DNA from: a virus
Lineage: Duplodnaviria; Caudoviricetes
Reading direction: 5' to 3' (one strand)
Virus record (IMG/VR): IMGVR_UViG_3300044980_000094
Coordinates: 1-56,213 of that record
DNA: 56,213 bases
Shown: piece by piece, positions 9,510 through 18,124 of the stretch
Position numbering within the stretch: the stretch's first letter is position 1
Layout: each line of letters opens with the position of its first letter
The notes under the pieces: generated by a model
What the model was told of the DNA's origin: nothing
The model's database searches: none
What the model saw: the letters and a program-made list of their open reading frames with translations, nothing else
Position numbers and translations under genes: made by a program

Positions 9510-9538
9510 TTGACCACAATCTCCCGCCCGCCCATAAT
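9510..9538 (+). promoter_or_regulatory. Putative sigma70 promoter
   Basis: TTGACC-17 nt-CATAAT in intergenic gap. Confidence 0.65.
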
Positions 9539-9562
9539 CCCCCTTCACCCCGAGCCTCCGCG

Positions 9563-10063
9563 ATGCCCCGCACAATGCCCCTTACGATCTCATTCTACGA
9601 GTTCTCAATCTCAAAACCCTACCACGAGGGCTTTGCGATCTCGCAGGCCGAGGCGCAGATATTGAACACCGCAAAGCGAGACGCCCTGGCGGCCCAAGGG
9701 GCCAAAGAACTGGCCAAAATGCGCCCTCAGGGCGAGCAGGGGCTGTTGAGCAGCCAACAGCTTGAGGCCCTGACACTTTTGATTGCGGACCTGGACATGC
9801 AATTCGCATTCAAATTGCGTCCAAATCCGCGCCCGCGCAGTGGGACACTGAATCAGGAAATCCAACTCGTGGCTATGGAACGCGTCGAGGCCGAGGCGAG
9901 GAAATTAGGGCTTAAGCTCAGCTCGCAGCAGTTCGAGGCCGCAGTGCAGGAATGGCGCGCCGATGGGGCGATCATTGGCGAGGCTAGGAGGAGATTCGAG
10001 GAAAGGCTCAAAATCAACACCATGCCTTTGAGTGAACTCTTTGGAGAGCAGCCCGGTGGCTGA
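9563..10063 (+). CDS. Hypothetical protein
   Basis: First ORF after promoter; helical composition. Confidence 0.7.
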   Translation: MPRTMPLTISFYEFSISKPYHEGFAISQAEAQILNTAKRDALAAQGAKELAKMRPQGEQGLLSSQQLEALTLLIADLDMQFAFKLRPNPRPRSGTLNQEIQLVAMERVEAEARKLGLKLSSQQFEAAVQEWRADGAIIGEARRRFEERLKINTMPLSELFGEQPGG

Positions 10064-10373
10064 GGCTAGCCAACAGGGCATGGGTATGGCCCTGGTGGCC
10101 CTGGCGGCCCCAGAGGCCAACTCCTGGCCTCTGCTCACCGACGATGACTTCATGGGGCTGCTTTGGCAGGCCCTCGGGAGCCCCTATGGGCTGCTAGTCC
10201 AAGCCAGCAACCCCGATGCATTCCGCCAGCGCTGCTACGTCCTGCGACGCAACAGCCTAGACGAAAGGCTCAAGGACTTGACATTTCGCGGCAGCCCATT
10301 TACTAGCGGTAATCTTTGCATTGTCAAACAATCTGCCATGATGCCAAAGAGCGAGACCAAAAAGCATGTCTAA
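10056..10373 (+). CDS. Hypothetical protein (start uncertain)
   Basis: GGAG then GTG; overlaps neighbours. Confidence 0.65.
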   Translation: MAEASQQGMGMALVALAAPEANSWPLLTDDDFMGLLWQALGSPYGLLVQASNPDAFRQRCYVLRRNSLDERLKDLTFRGSPFTSGNLCIVKQSAMMPKSETKKHV

Positions 10374-10635
10374 GCGAACCGAGAAGCCAACTGTCGCCAG
10401 GCATTTGAAACTCTATGAAGAGGACTGGCTGTTTCTGTGTGAGCATTATGGGCCAGATAGTCCGACCAAATACGGCCCAGGGGCTGTGGTAAGAGAATTG
10501 CTCCATGCGCGGATTAAGGCCATTAAGGCGACAATGACTCGGGCCGTTGAGCACTCACAGGTCGAGGACCAAGCCCAAGTGAGCGAGCAACTGATTGCCA
10601 AGATGGAAGCCCAGGCACGGGGGCAGCAGCCATGA
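10366..10635 (+). CDS. Hypothetical protein, possibly ribbon-helix-helix-like
   Basis: Basic beta-strand followed by two helices; assignment weak. Confidence 0.6.
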   Translation: MSKRTEKPTVARHLKLYEEDWLFLCEHYGPDSPTKYGPGAVVRELLHARIKAIKATMTRAVEHSQVEDQAQVSEQLIAKMEAQARGQQP

Positions 10636-10904
10636 GCGACCTAAAGGGCCAAATTCCCCAGTCGAATGCACTTAGCGAGGCCACTCCAGAGTCACTAAGT
10701 GAACTATTTGCGACTAACCCAGAGCAACTCGATCCAAGGACCGAGGCTGGAGCAGTGAGACTAAAACGCATGGTCGAGGCCCTGAGGAAAATGTATGGGG
10801 CCTGGGCGCTGAGCGAGCAACAGGCCAAGCTGCCCAAGGCCAAGGCCAAGCCACCAGCTGCGAAACTCAGCGCCCCCGTCAGCAGTGAAGGGCTGGACTT
10901 CTAA
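10632..10904 (+). CDS. Hypothetical protein ending in GLDF
   Basis: Coupled at both ends; Lys/Ala/Pro linker; C-terminal LDF. Confidence 0.72.
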   Translation: MSDLKGQIPQSNALSEATPESLSELFATNPEQLDPRTEAGAVRLKRMVEALRKMYGAWALSEQQAKLPKAKAKPPAAKLSAPVSSEGLDF

Positions 10905-11884
10905 TGCCCCAGCCAGCGAGCCAGCCCCAGGCTAACTGGGCCGATCCCCGATTCAGCCCAGTCCTGCTCAATTTACAGGTCAAAATCAATTCCTCCTCCC
11001 TCGGGCCGTTCAAAAAATGCCCCCGATATTATCAGTACACCATCATCGATCAGCTGCAAAGTCGCGCCAGCAGTGTCCACTTGACCTTCGGAACCCTAAT
11101 TCACGAGGCTATTGGAGCCTACGAGGCCAAGAGACTCGCTGGCGCCGATCACGAGTCGGCCCTGTTGCAGGTCGTCCACAGCGTGCTGTTGCGGACATGG
11201 AATGTCAAACTGGGTCGTGGCTGGCAGAGCGGCCACGCGGACAAAAACCGCGAGGGGCTGATTAGGACAATTGTGTGGTATCTGGACGCGCAGAGAGACT
11301 CGGCCTTACAGACCTTGCAGCTGCCTAGCGGCCCCGCGATCGAGTTGAGATTCGAGTTCGACTCTGGCTACACAGCCAGCACAGGAGAACGAATCACATT
11401 CTATGGGACCCTAGATCGGCTAGTCGAGATCAGCAACAGGCCCTATATCCTAGATACCAAAACGACTGGTTATAAAGTCGATACGGGATTTTTCAATCGG
11501 TTCAGCCCTGATAATCAGTTTAGCCTCTACATCCTCGCGGCCAAGGTCGCATTCGCGGTTCCGGCTGAGGGGCTAATCTGCGACGCCATCCAGGTCGGGG
11601 CGACCTTTTCGCGATTCCAGCGGGGTATAATCCCCCGAACGGATGAGCAGGTTAATGAATGGCTCCACGATGCCCACTGGTGGCTAGGGCAGATGGATTC
11701 CTGTGCCCAGAAAGGCCATTGGCCGATGAATGACAAGTCTTGTGGACTCTTTGGTGGCTGCGAGTTCAGGGAGATCTGCGGAACCGCGCCAAAGGCAAGG
11801 GGGCTCTGGCTGGGGCAGAGTTTCGAGACCAAAGAGGCCAGCGGGGCTGGCGGAGCTAACGAACCCAATGAATTTGTGATTTGA
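10904..11884 (+). CDS. PD-(D/E)XK exonuclease (RecB/AddB/Cas4-like)
   Basis: SSS...F.KCPR, FGT.IH, GTLDR...ILDTKTT, Q..LY, C-terminal C..xxC....C Fe-S-type cysteines. Confidence 0.88.
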   Translation: MPQPASQPQANWADPRFSPVLLNLQVKINSSSLGPFKKCPRYYQYTIIDQLQSRASSVHLTFGTLIHEAIGAYEAKRLAGADHESALLQVVHSVLLRTWNVKLGRGWQSGHADKNREGLIRTIVWYLDAQRDSALQTLQLPSGPAIELRFEFDSGYTASTGERITFYGTLDRLVEISNRPYILDTKTTGYKVDTGFFNRFSPDNQFSLYILAAKVAFAVPAEGLICDAIQVGATFSRFQRGIIPRTDEQVNEWLHDAHWWLGQMDSCAQKGHWPMNDKSCGLFGGCEFREICGTAPKARGLWLGQSFETKEASGAGGANEPNEFVI

Positions 11885-11909
11885 GCCTTTACTCGAGGAG
11901 CCCAGCCCA

Positions 11910-12791
11910 ATGCCAACCTTTGAGACCTATTCGGAATCTCCCAGCCCAATCAAGATGATCTATATGGGCCACAGCGGAGCTGGCAAGACTGGCTCCTTAG
12001 CCAGCCTGGCCGCTACAGGATATAATGTCAGGATTCTTAATCTGGAGAAAGGAATCGAGATCCTAGCCGGATATGCCCGCGATCCTCGGAGTCCGTATCT
12101 GAAGGCCAACCCTGGGCATTGGAGCGCAGAGCAAGCCAAGGGCTTGGCCGGACGGATTTCCTACGTGACCATCGATGAGCCTGTGCATGTTATTAAGAGC
12201 CCCAAAGGGGCGGAACTGATTCCCAAGGGCGAAATGTGGGGCAAAGTTAGCGAGCAATTGAATGACTGGAAAGACGGCGCCAGCAGTTTGGGCAACATCG
12301 ACACCTGGACCGGCAATGACGTGTTAGTCATTGATTCATTGACCCGGCTCTCGCAGGCAGCGTTTAATTTCCAGCTCAAACTTGGCGGCAGGCTTAACGG
12401 CAGGCCAGAGCAGGCCGACTACGGGCTGGCTCAAAGGAGCCTATTAAGGCTCTTGGAATTATTCTATTCCGACAGTGTGAAGTGCAACATTGTTATTATC
12501 TGTCATATCAAATATATCGAAACCGAGGCAGGACCAACGCGGGGCTTCCCGGAGACAATCGGGAATGCCATTAGCCCTAAGGTCGGGCAGTATTTCAACC
12601 ATGCCCTGCTGGCCAAGTCCTCCGGCAGCGGTGAGGCGACTAAGAGAGTCATTTTGACCAATACCTCTGGGATGATCGAGCTGAAATCCGCAGCGCCATT
12701 GCAGGTCAAGGCGGAATATGACCTGAGCACGGGATTAGCTGATTATTTTAGAGATGTAAAGGGGGGCTATCCGAATCGTGCGAGGGAATAG
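11910..12791 (+). CDS. AAA-family ATPase, Sak4-like recombinase
   Basis: GHSGAGKT Walker A, VLVIDSLT Walker B, IICH; located between exonuclease and SSB-like gene. Confidence 0.85.
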   Translation: MPTFETYSESPSPIKMIYMGHSGAGKTGSLASLAATGYNVRILNLEKGIEILAGYARDPRSPYLKANPGHWSAEQAKGLAGRISYVTIDEPVHVIKSPKGAELIPKGEMWGKVSEQLNDWKDGASSLGNIDTWTGNDVLVIDSLTRLSQAAFNFQLKLGGRLNGRPEQADYGLAQRSLLRLLELFYSDSVKCNIVIICHIKYIETEAGPTRGFPETIGNAISPKVGQYFNHALLAKSSGSGEATKRVILTNTSGMIELKSAAPLQVKAEYDLSTGLADYFRDVKGGYPNRARE

Positions 12792-12817
12792 ACTTTTAAC
12801 CTAAGAGGAGCACCAAC

Positions 12818-13012
12818 ATGACCAAGAACATACAGCAGCTCAAGGCGATTGATCTAGGAGCACTCCAGAACACCTTAGCAACAGCCAAGCGGACTTTGGC
12901 CTCTGATGCCAAGACCTTGGCTAAGGCCCAAGATGCGTTTGATCGATCTCGGACAGCGTTCGCCTCCGCCCATGAGGCTCTCAAGTCAGCATCGCGGACG
13001 ATCTTGGATTGA
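12818..13012 (+). CDS. Small coiled-coil protein
   Basis: GAGGAG RBS. Confidence 0.7.
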   Translation: MTKNIQQLKAIDLGALQNTLATAKRTLASDAKTLAKAQDAFDRSRTAFASAHEALKSASRTILD

Positions 13013-13024
13013 GGAGTCCAGAAC

Positions 13025-13225
13025 ATGAAACGCCAATCGAAGGCCGAGGAGGCCCTGAGCAAACAGGTCAAATCAATCACGATTCAGCTCACCGATCATG
13101 ATCGCCAGATTGCCATGTTAACGGCCCAAAAGGCGACCCTATTTCGACTCAAGGACGAGATCGAAATTGAAATCGAGCGCCTCAAGCAGGAGCGGCTGCA
13201 TGCCAGCGAGACGAGGAAGCCATGA
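13025..13225 (+). CDS. Small coiled-coil protein
   Basis: GAGGAG RBS. Confidence 0.7.
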   Translation: MKRQSKAEEALSKQVKSITIQLTDHDRQIAMLTAQKATLFRLKDEIEIEIERLKQERLHASETRKP

Positions 13226-13392
13226 TCGAGGCCCTGATGGTAGTCGGTCTGCTACTCACCAGTTCGGTCGCGTATTTCTATTGGCGAGCGTGGCGCCGAG
13301 CCGAGCAGCAGCTCGCAGCTTACGAACATGAGCAAATGGGGATATTCGCTCTATCCGATGCTGGCCGATTATCACGACCTCCAGCATTATAA
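13222..13392 (+). CDS. Small membrane-anchored protein (56 aa, not in ORF track)
   Basis: ATGA coupling; MIEALMVVGLLLTSSVAYFYW TM segment. Confidence 0.55.
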   Translation: MIEALMVVGLLLTSSVAYFYWRAWRRAEQQLAAYEHEQMGIFALSDAGRLSRPPAL

Positions 13393-13398
13393 TTGAGG

Positions 13399-13513
13399 AA
13401 TTGGGCACCCACAGGCCCAATTGCGTAGTTGTGAGCCCGTTCGCGGGAGCGGCAGCATAGGTCAAGATCGGCCCTTGATGCTAATCCGCAATCGAACTCT
13501 CACTTTCCGCAAC
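13399..13513 (+). ncRNA. Candidate structured RNA / 5' leader of SSB-like gene
   Basis: Nested stems TTGCG/CGCAA, GTGAG/CTCAC, CCCG-TTCG-CGGG, GCGG/CCGC, AGCA/TGCT, TCAAG/CTTGA; TATAAT at 13388-13393. Confidence 0.4.
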
Positions 13514-13538
13514 AGCCAAACCAGCACAGGAACGAAAA

Positions 13539-13976
13539 ATGGTCGATTTTTCAGCAATGCTACAGAAATCCCCCGAGGCCCTTCCGAAGCCGCCAGCCTT
13601 GCCTGTCGGCAACTATGGCGGGACGATTATTCGATACGAGTTCGGGGACAAGAACAAAAACAACACCCCATACTGTCGGGTGTTTGTCAAACTCCACACC
13701 TGGCCGGACGAAGTCCCCGAGGATGAGCGGGCCGGACGCGGCAGCCTCGGCCAATTGAGCCGAGACTACTATCTCCGTGATAAGGACGGCGGAGATGGGA
13801 TCCAGTGGATGCTGGCGGAATTGCTGCGCAGCTGTGGCCTCAGTGGCCGCCCGATGGAGGAACTGATCCCGGAACTCAACGGTAAAGAGGTCATTGCCGG
13901 GGTCAAGCAGTATATCAACGAGAAGACCTCTGAGATCGGCAACGACATCTCTAGGCTCACGGGTCAAGGAGGCTAG
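13539..13976 (+). CDS. Putative single-stranded DNA-binding protein (DUF669-like)
   Basis: P..LP.G.Y...I.....KN.NT pattern, size and position in the Sak4/exonuclease module. Confidence 0.65.
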   Translation: MVDFSAMLQKSPEALPKPPALPVGNYGGTIIRYEFGDKNKNNTPYCRVFVKLHTWPDEVPEDERAGRGSLGQLSRDYYLRDKDGGDGIQWMLAELLRSCGLSGRPMEELIPELNGKEVIAGVKQYINEKTSEIGNDISRLTGQGG

Positions 13977-13984
13977 CCAGTAGC

Positions 13985-14016
13985 GGGCTCGTGGCCCAGC
14001 TACTAGCCACGAGCCC
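13985..14016 (+). terminator. GC-rich hairpin after SSB-like gene
   Basis: GGGCTCGTGGC / GCCACGAGCCC 11-bp stem; no clear U-tract. Confidence 0.35.
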
Positions 14017-14037
14017 ATTCCAGTAGAGGGAGCACCA

Positions 14038-14253
14038 GTGACCGATACGATTCATATCCACAGACTGCGTGTTGTCGCTGAGCATGCAGCCAGCAACAAG
14101 GCAGTCCTTGCCGTTAATCTCTGCGATCTTGTCCATTTGCTTGGCCTCTATGACGCCATGCTCGACAGTTTGCAGGATTTGCAAAGGATTTGCTCCAGCA
14201 CTTCCGAATTGGAAATCATCGATGATATTCTGGCCAAAATTGGAGCTTTGTAA
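14038..14253 (+). CDS. Hypothetical protein
   Basis: GGGAG RBS with GTG start. Confidence 0.6.
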   Translation: MTDTIHIHRLRVVAEHAASNKAVLAVNLCDLVHLLGLYDAMLDSLQDLQRICSSTSELEIIDDILAKIGAL

Positions 14254-14255
14254 TA

Positions 14256-15767
14256 ATGCCAATCCAAAATACATATCAGCGCGTTCCTCTTGAACAAATC
14301 GCCATTGCGCGAGATGCGCGGCAGAGGCGAGACATTGCCCTGGACGCGAACTTTGTCGGTTCGATCAAGAGGCATGGTGTGCTGGTGCCGATAATTGTGG
14401 GGCCAAATAGCGAGGCAGCAATCAGCAGTAGCGCGGGCGTGGTCCTGCCGTGGCTGCTGATTGCTGGCGAGCGCAGGCTCGAGGCCTCGCGTCAATGTGG
14501 CTTTGCGGACATTCCTGTGCGATTCGCCTCGGAATTGACTCTAGTCGAGCGCCAGCTCTTCGAGCTCGAGGAAAACGTCAAGAGACGCGAACTGCGCTGG
14601 CAGGATGTTTGCCTCTCTGTGGCTAGGATCCATTCCCTACAGCGAGGGCTGGACCCCGACTGGCAGCGAGCCCAGACCGCCGAGTTTTGCGCCATTGATC
14701 CCAGCGCAGTCACGCATTATCTGACAATCTTCGAGGCTTGGGACGACCCGTCCGTCCAAGCCGCTGGGACATATCGGGAGGCATACAATCTGCTGCTGCG
14801 CCGAACCCAACGAGCACAAGGAGTGGCGTTGCAAGAATTGCTGGACTGGACCGAGCCCCAGCAACAGCCAGCCAGCAACAGCCAGCCAGTAGCGATGCCA
14901 GCAGCAATGGCCAGCAGCGAAGCCGCTTCGACAGAAGCACCAGTCGAGAGTGGATTACCAAGAACTGCGACCGGCCCTAGTCCCAGCCCTACTGCCACTG
15001 CTCCCAGCTCCCCGATTCTCTGCCTCGACGCCGTTGAGTGGATGAAGACATACAGTGGCCCCAAATTCAATCTTCTCCACTGCGACTTCCCTTATGGAAT
15101 CGGCCTGTTCAATTCCAACGGAATCCGCTCTGGTCCACAAAGGAGCCAAATGGGCCGAGATTCTTCCTCCAGCGAAGGTTACGAGGACGAGCCAGAGTAT
15201 TTCCAACTCCTTGTCGAAACCCTGGCAGCGAATCTTAATCGATTCTTTTCAATTCAGGGCCATATCATGTTCTGGTTCTCGAACAAATGGGAGATCGAGG
15301 CACGGGTGCGTGCCAAGTTTGCCGAGTTGGCCCCGAGCATTTCGTGGAGTCGATTTCCACTGATCTGGCTCAAATCTGATAACGCTGGAATAGCCGCGAG
15401 TCCGCAATATGAGCCGAGACATATTTACGAGACCTGCCTGCTGGGCTCGCAAGGCAAAAGGCCGATTGTGCGGATCGTCAGCGATGCATACAGCGCGCCA
15501 ACGGACAAGTCCATCCATGTGAGCGCCAAACCGGAGCCGATGCTAAGGCATTTCATGACGATGCTAGTTGACGAGTCCACCTCGCTGCTCGATCCAACCT
15601 GCGGCAGCGGAACGGCCCTTCGAGCAGCGGAATCCTTGGGCGCTTCTCGCATCTTGGGCTTGGAGAAAGACCCCCAGATGGCCGAACAGGCACGACGGGC
15701 ACTCGAACTTGAGCGCGCAAAGCGCCGGGCTGCGAAGACCCTCCGATCGGCCCCGCTGGATTTCTAG
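14256..15767 (+). CDS. ParB-N domain / N6-N4 DNA methyltransferase fusion, ends in PLDF
   Basis: SIK.HG...PI.V...LIAGERRL.A, ELEEN.KR; HCDFPY (DPPY-like), H..AKP, LLDPTCGSGT. Confidence 0.85.
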   Translation: MPIQNTYQRVPLEQIAIARDARQRRDIALDANFVGSIKRHGVLVPIIVGPNSEAAISSSAGVVLPWLLIAGERRLEASRQCGFADIPVRFASELTLVERQLFELEENVKRRELRWQDVCLSVARIHSLQRGLDPDWQRAQTAEFCAIDPSAVTHYLTIFEAWDDPSVQAAGTYREAYNLLLRRTQRAQGVALQELLDWTEPQQQPASNSQPVAMPAAMASSEAASTEAPVESGLPRTATGPSPSPTATAPSSPILCLDAVEWMKTYSGPKFNLLHCDFPYGIGLFNSNGIRSGPQRSQMGRDSSSSEGYEDEPEYFQLLVETLAANLNRFFSIQGHIMFWFSNKWEIEARVRAKFAELAPSISWSRFPLIWLKSDNAGIAASPQYEPRHIYETCLLGSQGKRPIVRIVSDAYSAPTDKSIHVSAKPEPMLRHFMTMLVDESTSLLDPTCGSGTALRAAESLGASRILGLEKDPQMAEQARRALELERAKRRAAKTLRSAPLDF

Positions 15768-15769
15768 CC

Positions 15770-16495
15770 ATGCCAGCAGGCTCCATCGTAGCCCTATTCG
15801 ACATGACTGGATATTCGGTCCGCGATTGGGCACTCGTAGGCGAGACCTGTTATTGTCTCGATATGTATAACGACGGCAGACAGGAGCAATTCCCATCCGG
15901 TGGCTCAATTACATACCTATATTGGGAGGCCTTGGACCCAACGGCCCTAGGCCAGATCGCAGCCCTCAAACCCAAGTTCCTGTTCGCATTCCCGCCTTGC
16001 ACGGACTTGGCCGTGAGCGGTGCTGCACATTTTGAGTCCAAACGAGCAGAGAATCCGAGCTTCCAAGACGAGGCCCTCTATTTGGCTTTAATTGCGCCGA
16101 GCCTCGGCAAGCGTCTGGGGATTCCGTGGTTTGTGGAGAACCCAGTCGGGACGCTCTCCACCCTATGGGGCAAACCGGATCATATTTTTGAGCCTTGGGA
16201 GTTCGGAGGCTACCTGCCAGCCAGCGACACGCATCCAAAATGGCCAGAATACATCGAGGCCCGCGATGCGTATCCCAAGACGACCTGCATTTGGAGCGGA
16301 AATGGTCTCAAATGGCCCGAGCGCAGACCAGTAGAGCAGACCTGCATAGTGAGCAAGAATGGAAAGAAATGGAGTAAACAACAGGCCAATCTCGGGGGCA
16401 AGAGTTTGAGGACGAAACAGATCCGCTCAGCGACTCCGAGGGGATTCGCAAGGGCGATTTTCGAGGCCAACTATGCCAGCCAGCAGCCAAGATGA
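15770..16495 (+). CDS. Phage C5-cytosine DNA methyltransferase-like protein
   Basis: LFD.TG, FAFPPCTDLAVSGA, VENPV, Y.K.TC.W, RS.TP.GFA. Confidence 0.82.
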   Translation: MPAGSIVALFDMTGYSVRDWALVGETCYCLDMYNDGRQEQFPSGGSITYLYWEALDPTALGQIAALKPKFLFAFPPCTDLAVSGAAHFESKRAENPSFQDEALYLALIAPSLGKRLGIPWFVENPVGTLSTLWGKPDHIFEPWEFGGYLPASDTHPKWPEYIEARDAYPKTTCIWSGNGLKWPERRPVEQTCIVSKNGKKWSKQQANLGGKSLRTKQIRSATPRGFARAIFEANYASQQPR

Positions 16496-16551
16496 CCGTG
16501 ACAGCCAGCAACCCAACCTTCGCCCTGCGCGGCCAAGCGATGGACTTCTGA
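16492..16551 (+). CDS. 19-aa micro-ORF MTVTASNPTFALRGQAMDF
   Basis: ATGA overlap with methylase stop, TGATG overlap with UDG start; ends in MDF. Confidence 0.45.
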   Translation: MTVTASNPTFALRGQAMDF

Positions 16552-17735
16552 TGACCCAGCCAACAAGTCAGCCAGCAGGCCAGCTGGCCGTCCATAGAGC
16601 CTTATCCCCATTTACCGCCCTGAGTGGCCCCTATGACGCCAAGATATTACTCGTCGGCGAAGCCTGGGGCGAAACTGAGGCCGAGTTCGGCCGTCCATTC
16701 GCCGGGGCTAGTGGGCGAGAACTATTCTCGATGTTGAGCGAAGCCACAGGGCATGAGCCAGCCTTGGCTTCTCATTGCCTTGCCGCGCATGGATATGAGT
16801 GGCTGAGGCGAAGAGAGCAGTGGCTGGCCGAGGCCAGCATCGCCATGACCAACGTGCTTGCCCTGAGGCCACAAGGCAACAATTTGGCCTCGCTCTGCAG
16901 GACTAAACCAGAACTCAAATCCCGGGGCCTTGTCCCCGACCGGCCCGAGATCATCCCAGGCAAATATCTGCACCCCAGATACCAGCCCGAACTGGATAGA
17001 CTCCAAGCCGAAATTGCTGCCATTAAGCCCAACATTGTGGTTGCACTGGGTAATACTGCCTGCTGGGCTTTAGCCAATCGAACCAATATCGGCAGCATTC
17101 GTGGAGCTATCAGCCCAAGCCTGTATGGCCCTAAACTTTTGCCGACCTATCATCCTGCGGCCATGATGCGCGTCTGGTCTTGGCGGCCGATCATAATCGC
17201 CGATCTAATCAAAGCCTGGCGTGAGTCAAAGTGGCCGGAAATCCGCCGCCCCGAGCGGGAGATACTAACTAGCCCCACGATTGAAGAGGTAGAGGCTTGG
17301 ACTGCTAGGACATTGGCGAAGCCGCCAAGGTTGCTGGCCAATGACATCGAAACCGCCCGAGGCTTTATCACAATGATGAGCTTCGCCGCAAGCCCCCAGG
17401 ACGGAATCGTCATTCCATTTGCAAGCCTGCAGGCCCCAAATGGCTGCTATTGGCCGACACAAGCCCAAGAGGAGCGGGCCTGGGCTTGCATATGCGCCCT
17501 GCTCAGTAGCCCAATTCCCAAACTCTACCAGAATGGCATGTATGATTTGCAATACGAGGCTTGGCGCATGCGTCTGCCGGTTCGCAATGTGGCTGAGGAC
17601 TCTATGCTGCTGCATCATAGTATCATGCCGGAAATGCTTAAGGGCTTAGGTTTTTTGGGCAGCATTTATAGCCAAGAACCGGCCTGGAAACTAATGCGGC
17701 TACACAAGGCCGACACGGATAAACGAGACGAGTAA
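16551..17735 (+). CDS. Uracil-DNA glycosylase-like domain fused to N-terminal part of 3'-5' exonuclease (split DNA polymerase, part 1)
   Basis: LVGEAWG, F.GASG, TNV, PTYHPA; ExoI DIET and ExoII QNGMYD; no ExoIII. Confidence 0.85.
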   Translation: MTQPTSQPAGQLAVHRALSPFTALSGPYDAKILLVGEAWGETEAEFGRPFAGASGRELFSMLSEATGHEPALASHCLAAHGYEWLRRREQWLAEASIAMTNVLALRPQGNNLASLCRTKPELKSRGLVPDRPEIIPGKYLHPRYQPELDRLQAEIAAIKPNIVVALGNTACWALANRTNIGSIRGAISPSLYGPKLLPTYHPAAMMRVWSWRPIIIADLIKAWRESKWPEIRRPEREILTSPTIEEVEAWTARTLAKPPRLLANDIETARGFITMMSFAASPQDGIVIPFASLQAPNGCYWPTQAQEERAWACICALLSSPIPKLYQNGMYDLQYEAWRMRLPVRNVAEDSMLLHHSIMPEMLKGLGFLGSIYSQEPAWKLMRLHKADTDKRDE

Positions 17736-17761
17736 CTGCGAACGCACTATGGAGCTCCAAT

Positions 17762-18124
17762 ATGTTCTCATATCTTGCTAGTCCGTATTCACACGAGGCT
17801 AAATCTGTCCGCGAGGATCGATTCAGGGCTGTCGAATGTGCTTGGGTCTGGCTAATGCGCCAGCAAAAATGGACCTATTCTCCGATCGTCCATGCGCATG
17901 CAGCCGCAAAGCAATACGAGATGCCGACAGATTTTGCCTTTTGGCGCGCATACAACGAGGCCATGCTAGCCAGCAGCCATGGCCTGATTGTGCTGACCTT
18001 GCCCGGCTGGCAAGACTCCAAGGGTGTCACGGCAGAGATTGAATTTGCGCTCGCACGCAAATTGCCCATCGACTACCTTGCCGCGCAGGGCTGGGGCAAA
18101 TTCTCTTGGACCGGACAATTCTAA
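17762..18124 (+). CDS. DUF1937 / nucleoside 2-deoxyribosyltransferase-like protein
   Basis: YLASPYS, SPI.H.H, W..S.GV..EI..A. Confidence 0.82.
   Translation: MFSYLASPYSHEAKSVREDRFRAVECAWVWLMRQQKWTYSPIVHAHAAAKQYEMPTDFAFWRAYNEAMLASSHGLIVLTLPGWQDSKGVTAEIEFALARKLPIDYLAAQGWGKFSWTGQF

Noticed and set aside
10904-11884. Cas4-like nuclease as CRISPR component
   Set aside because: It sits in a standard exonuclease-Sak4-SSB recombination module with no cas1/cas2 or array
7920-13012. C-termini MVD (helicase) and ILD (12818-13012) as truncated xDF tags
   Set aside because: No terminal Phe and a two-residue match is expected by chance
14256-14850. ParB domain as sign of plasmid-prophage partitioning
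   Set aside because: It is fused to a methylase, with no ParA or recognisable parS array; lifestyle remains undetermined
17736-18123. Intron or intein interrupting the polymerase
   Set aside because: The interval is filled by an RBS-bearing DUF1937-like gene coupled to polA; no homing endonuclease or splice motifs seen
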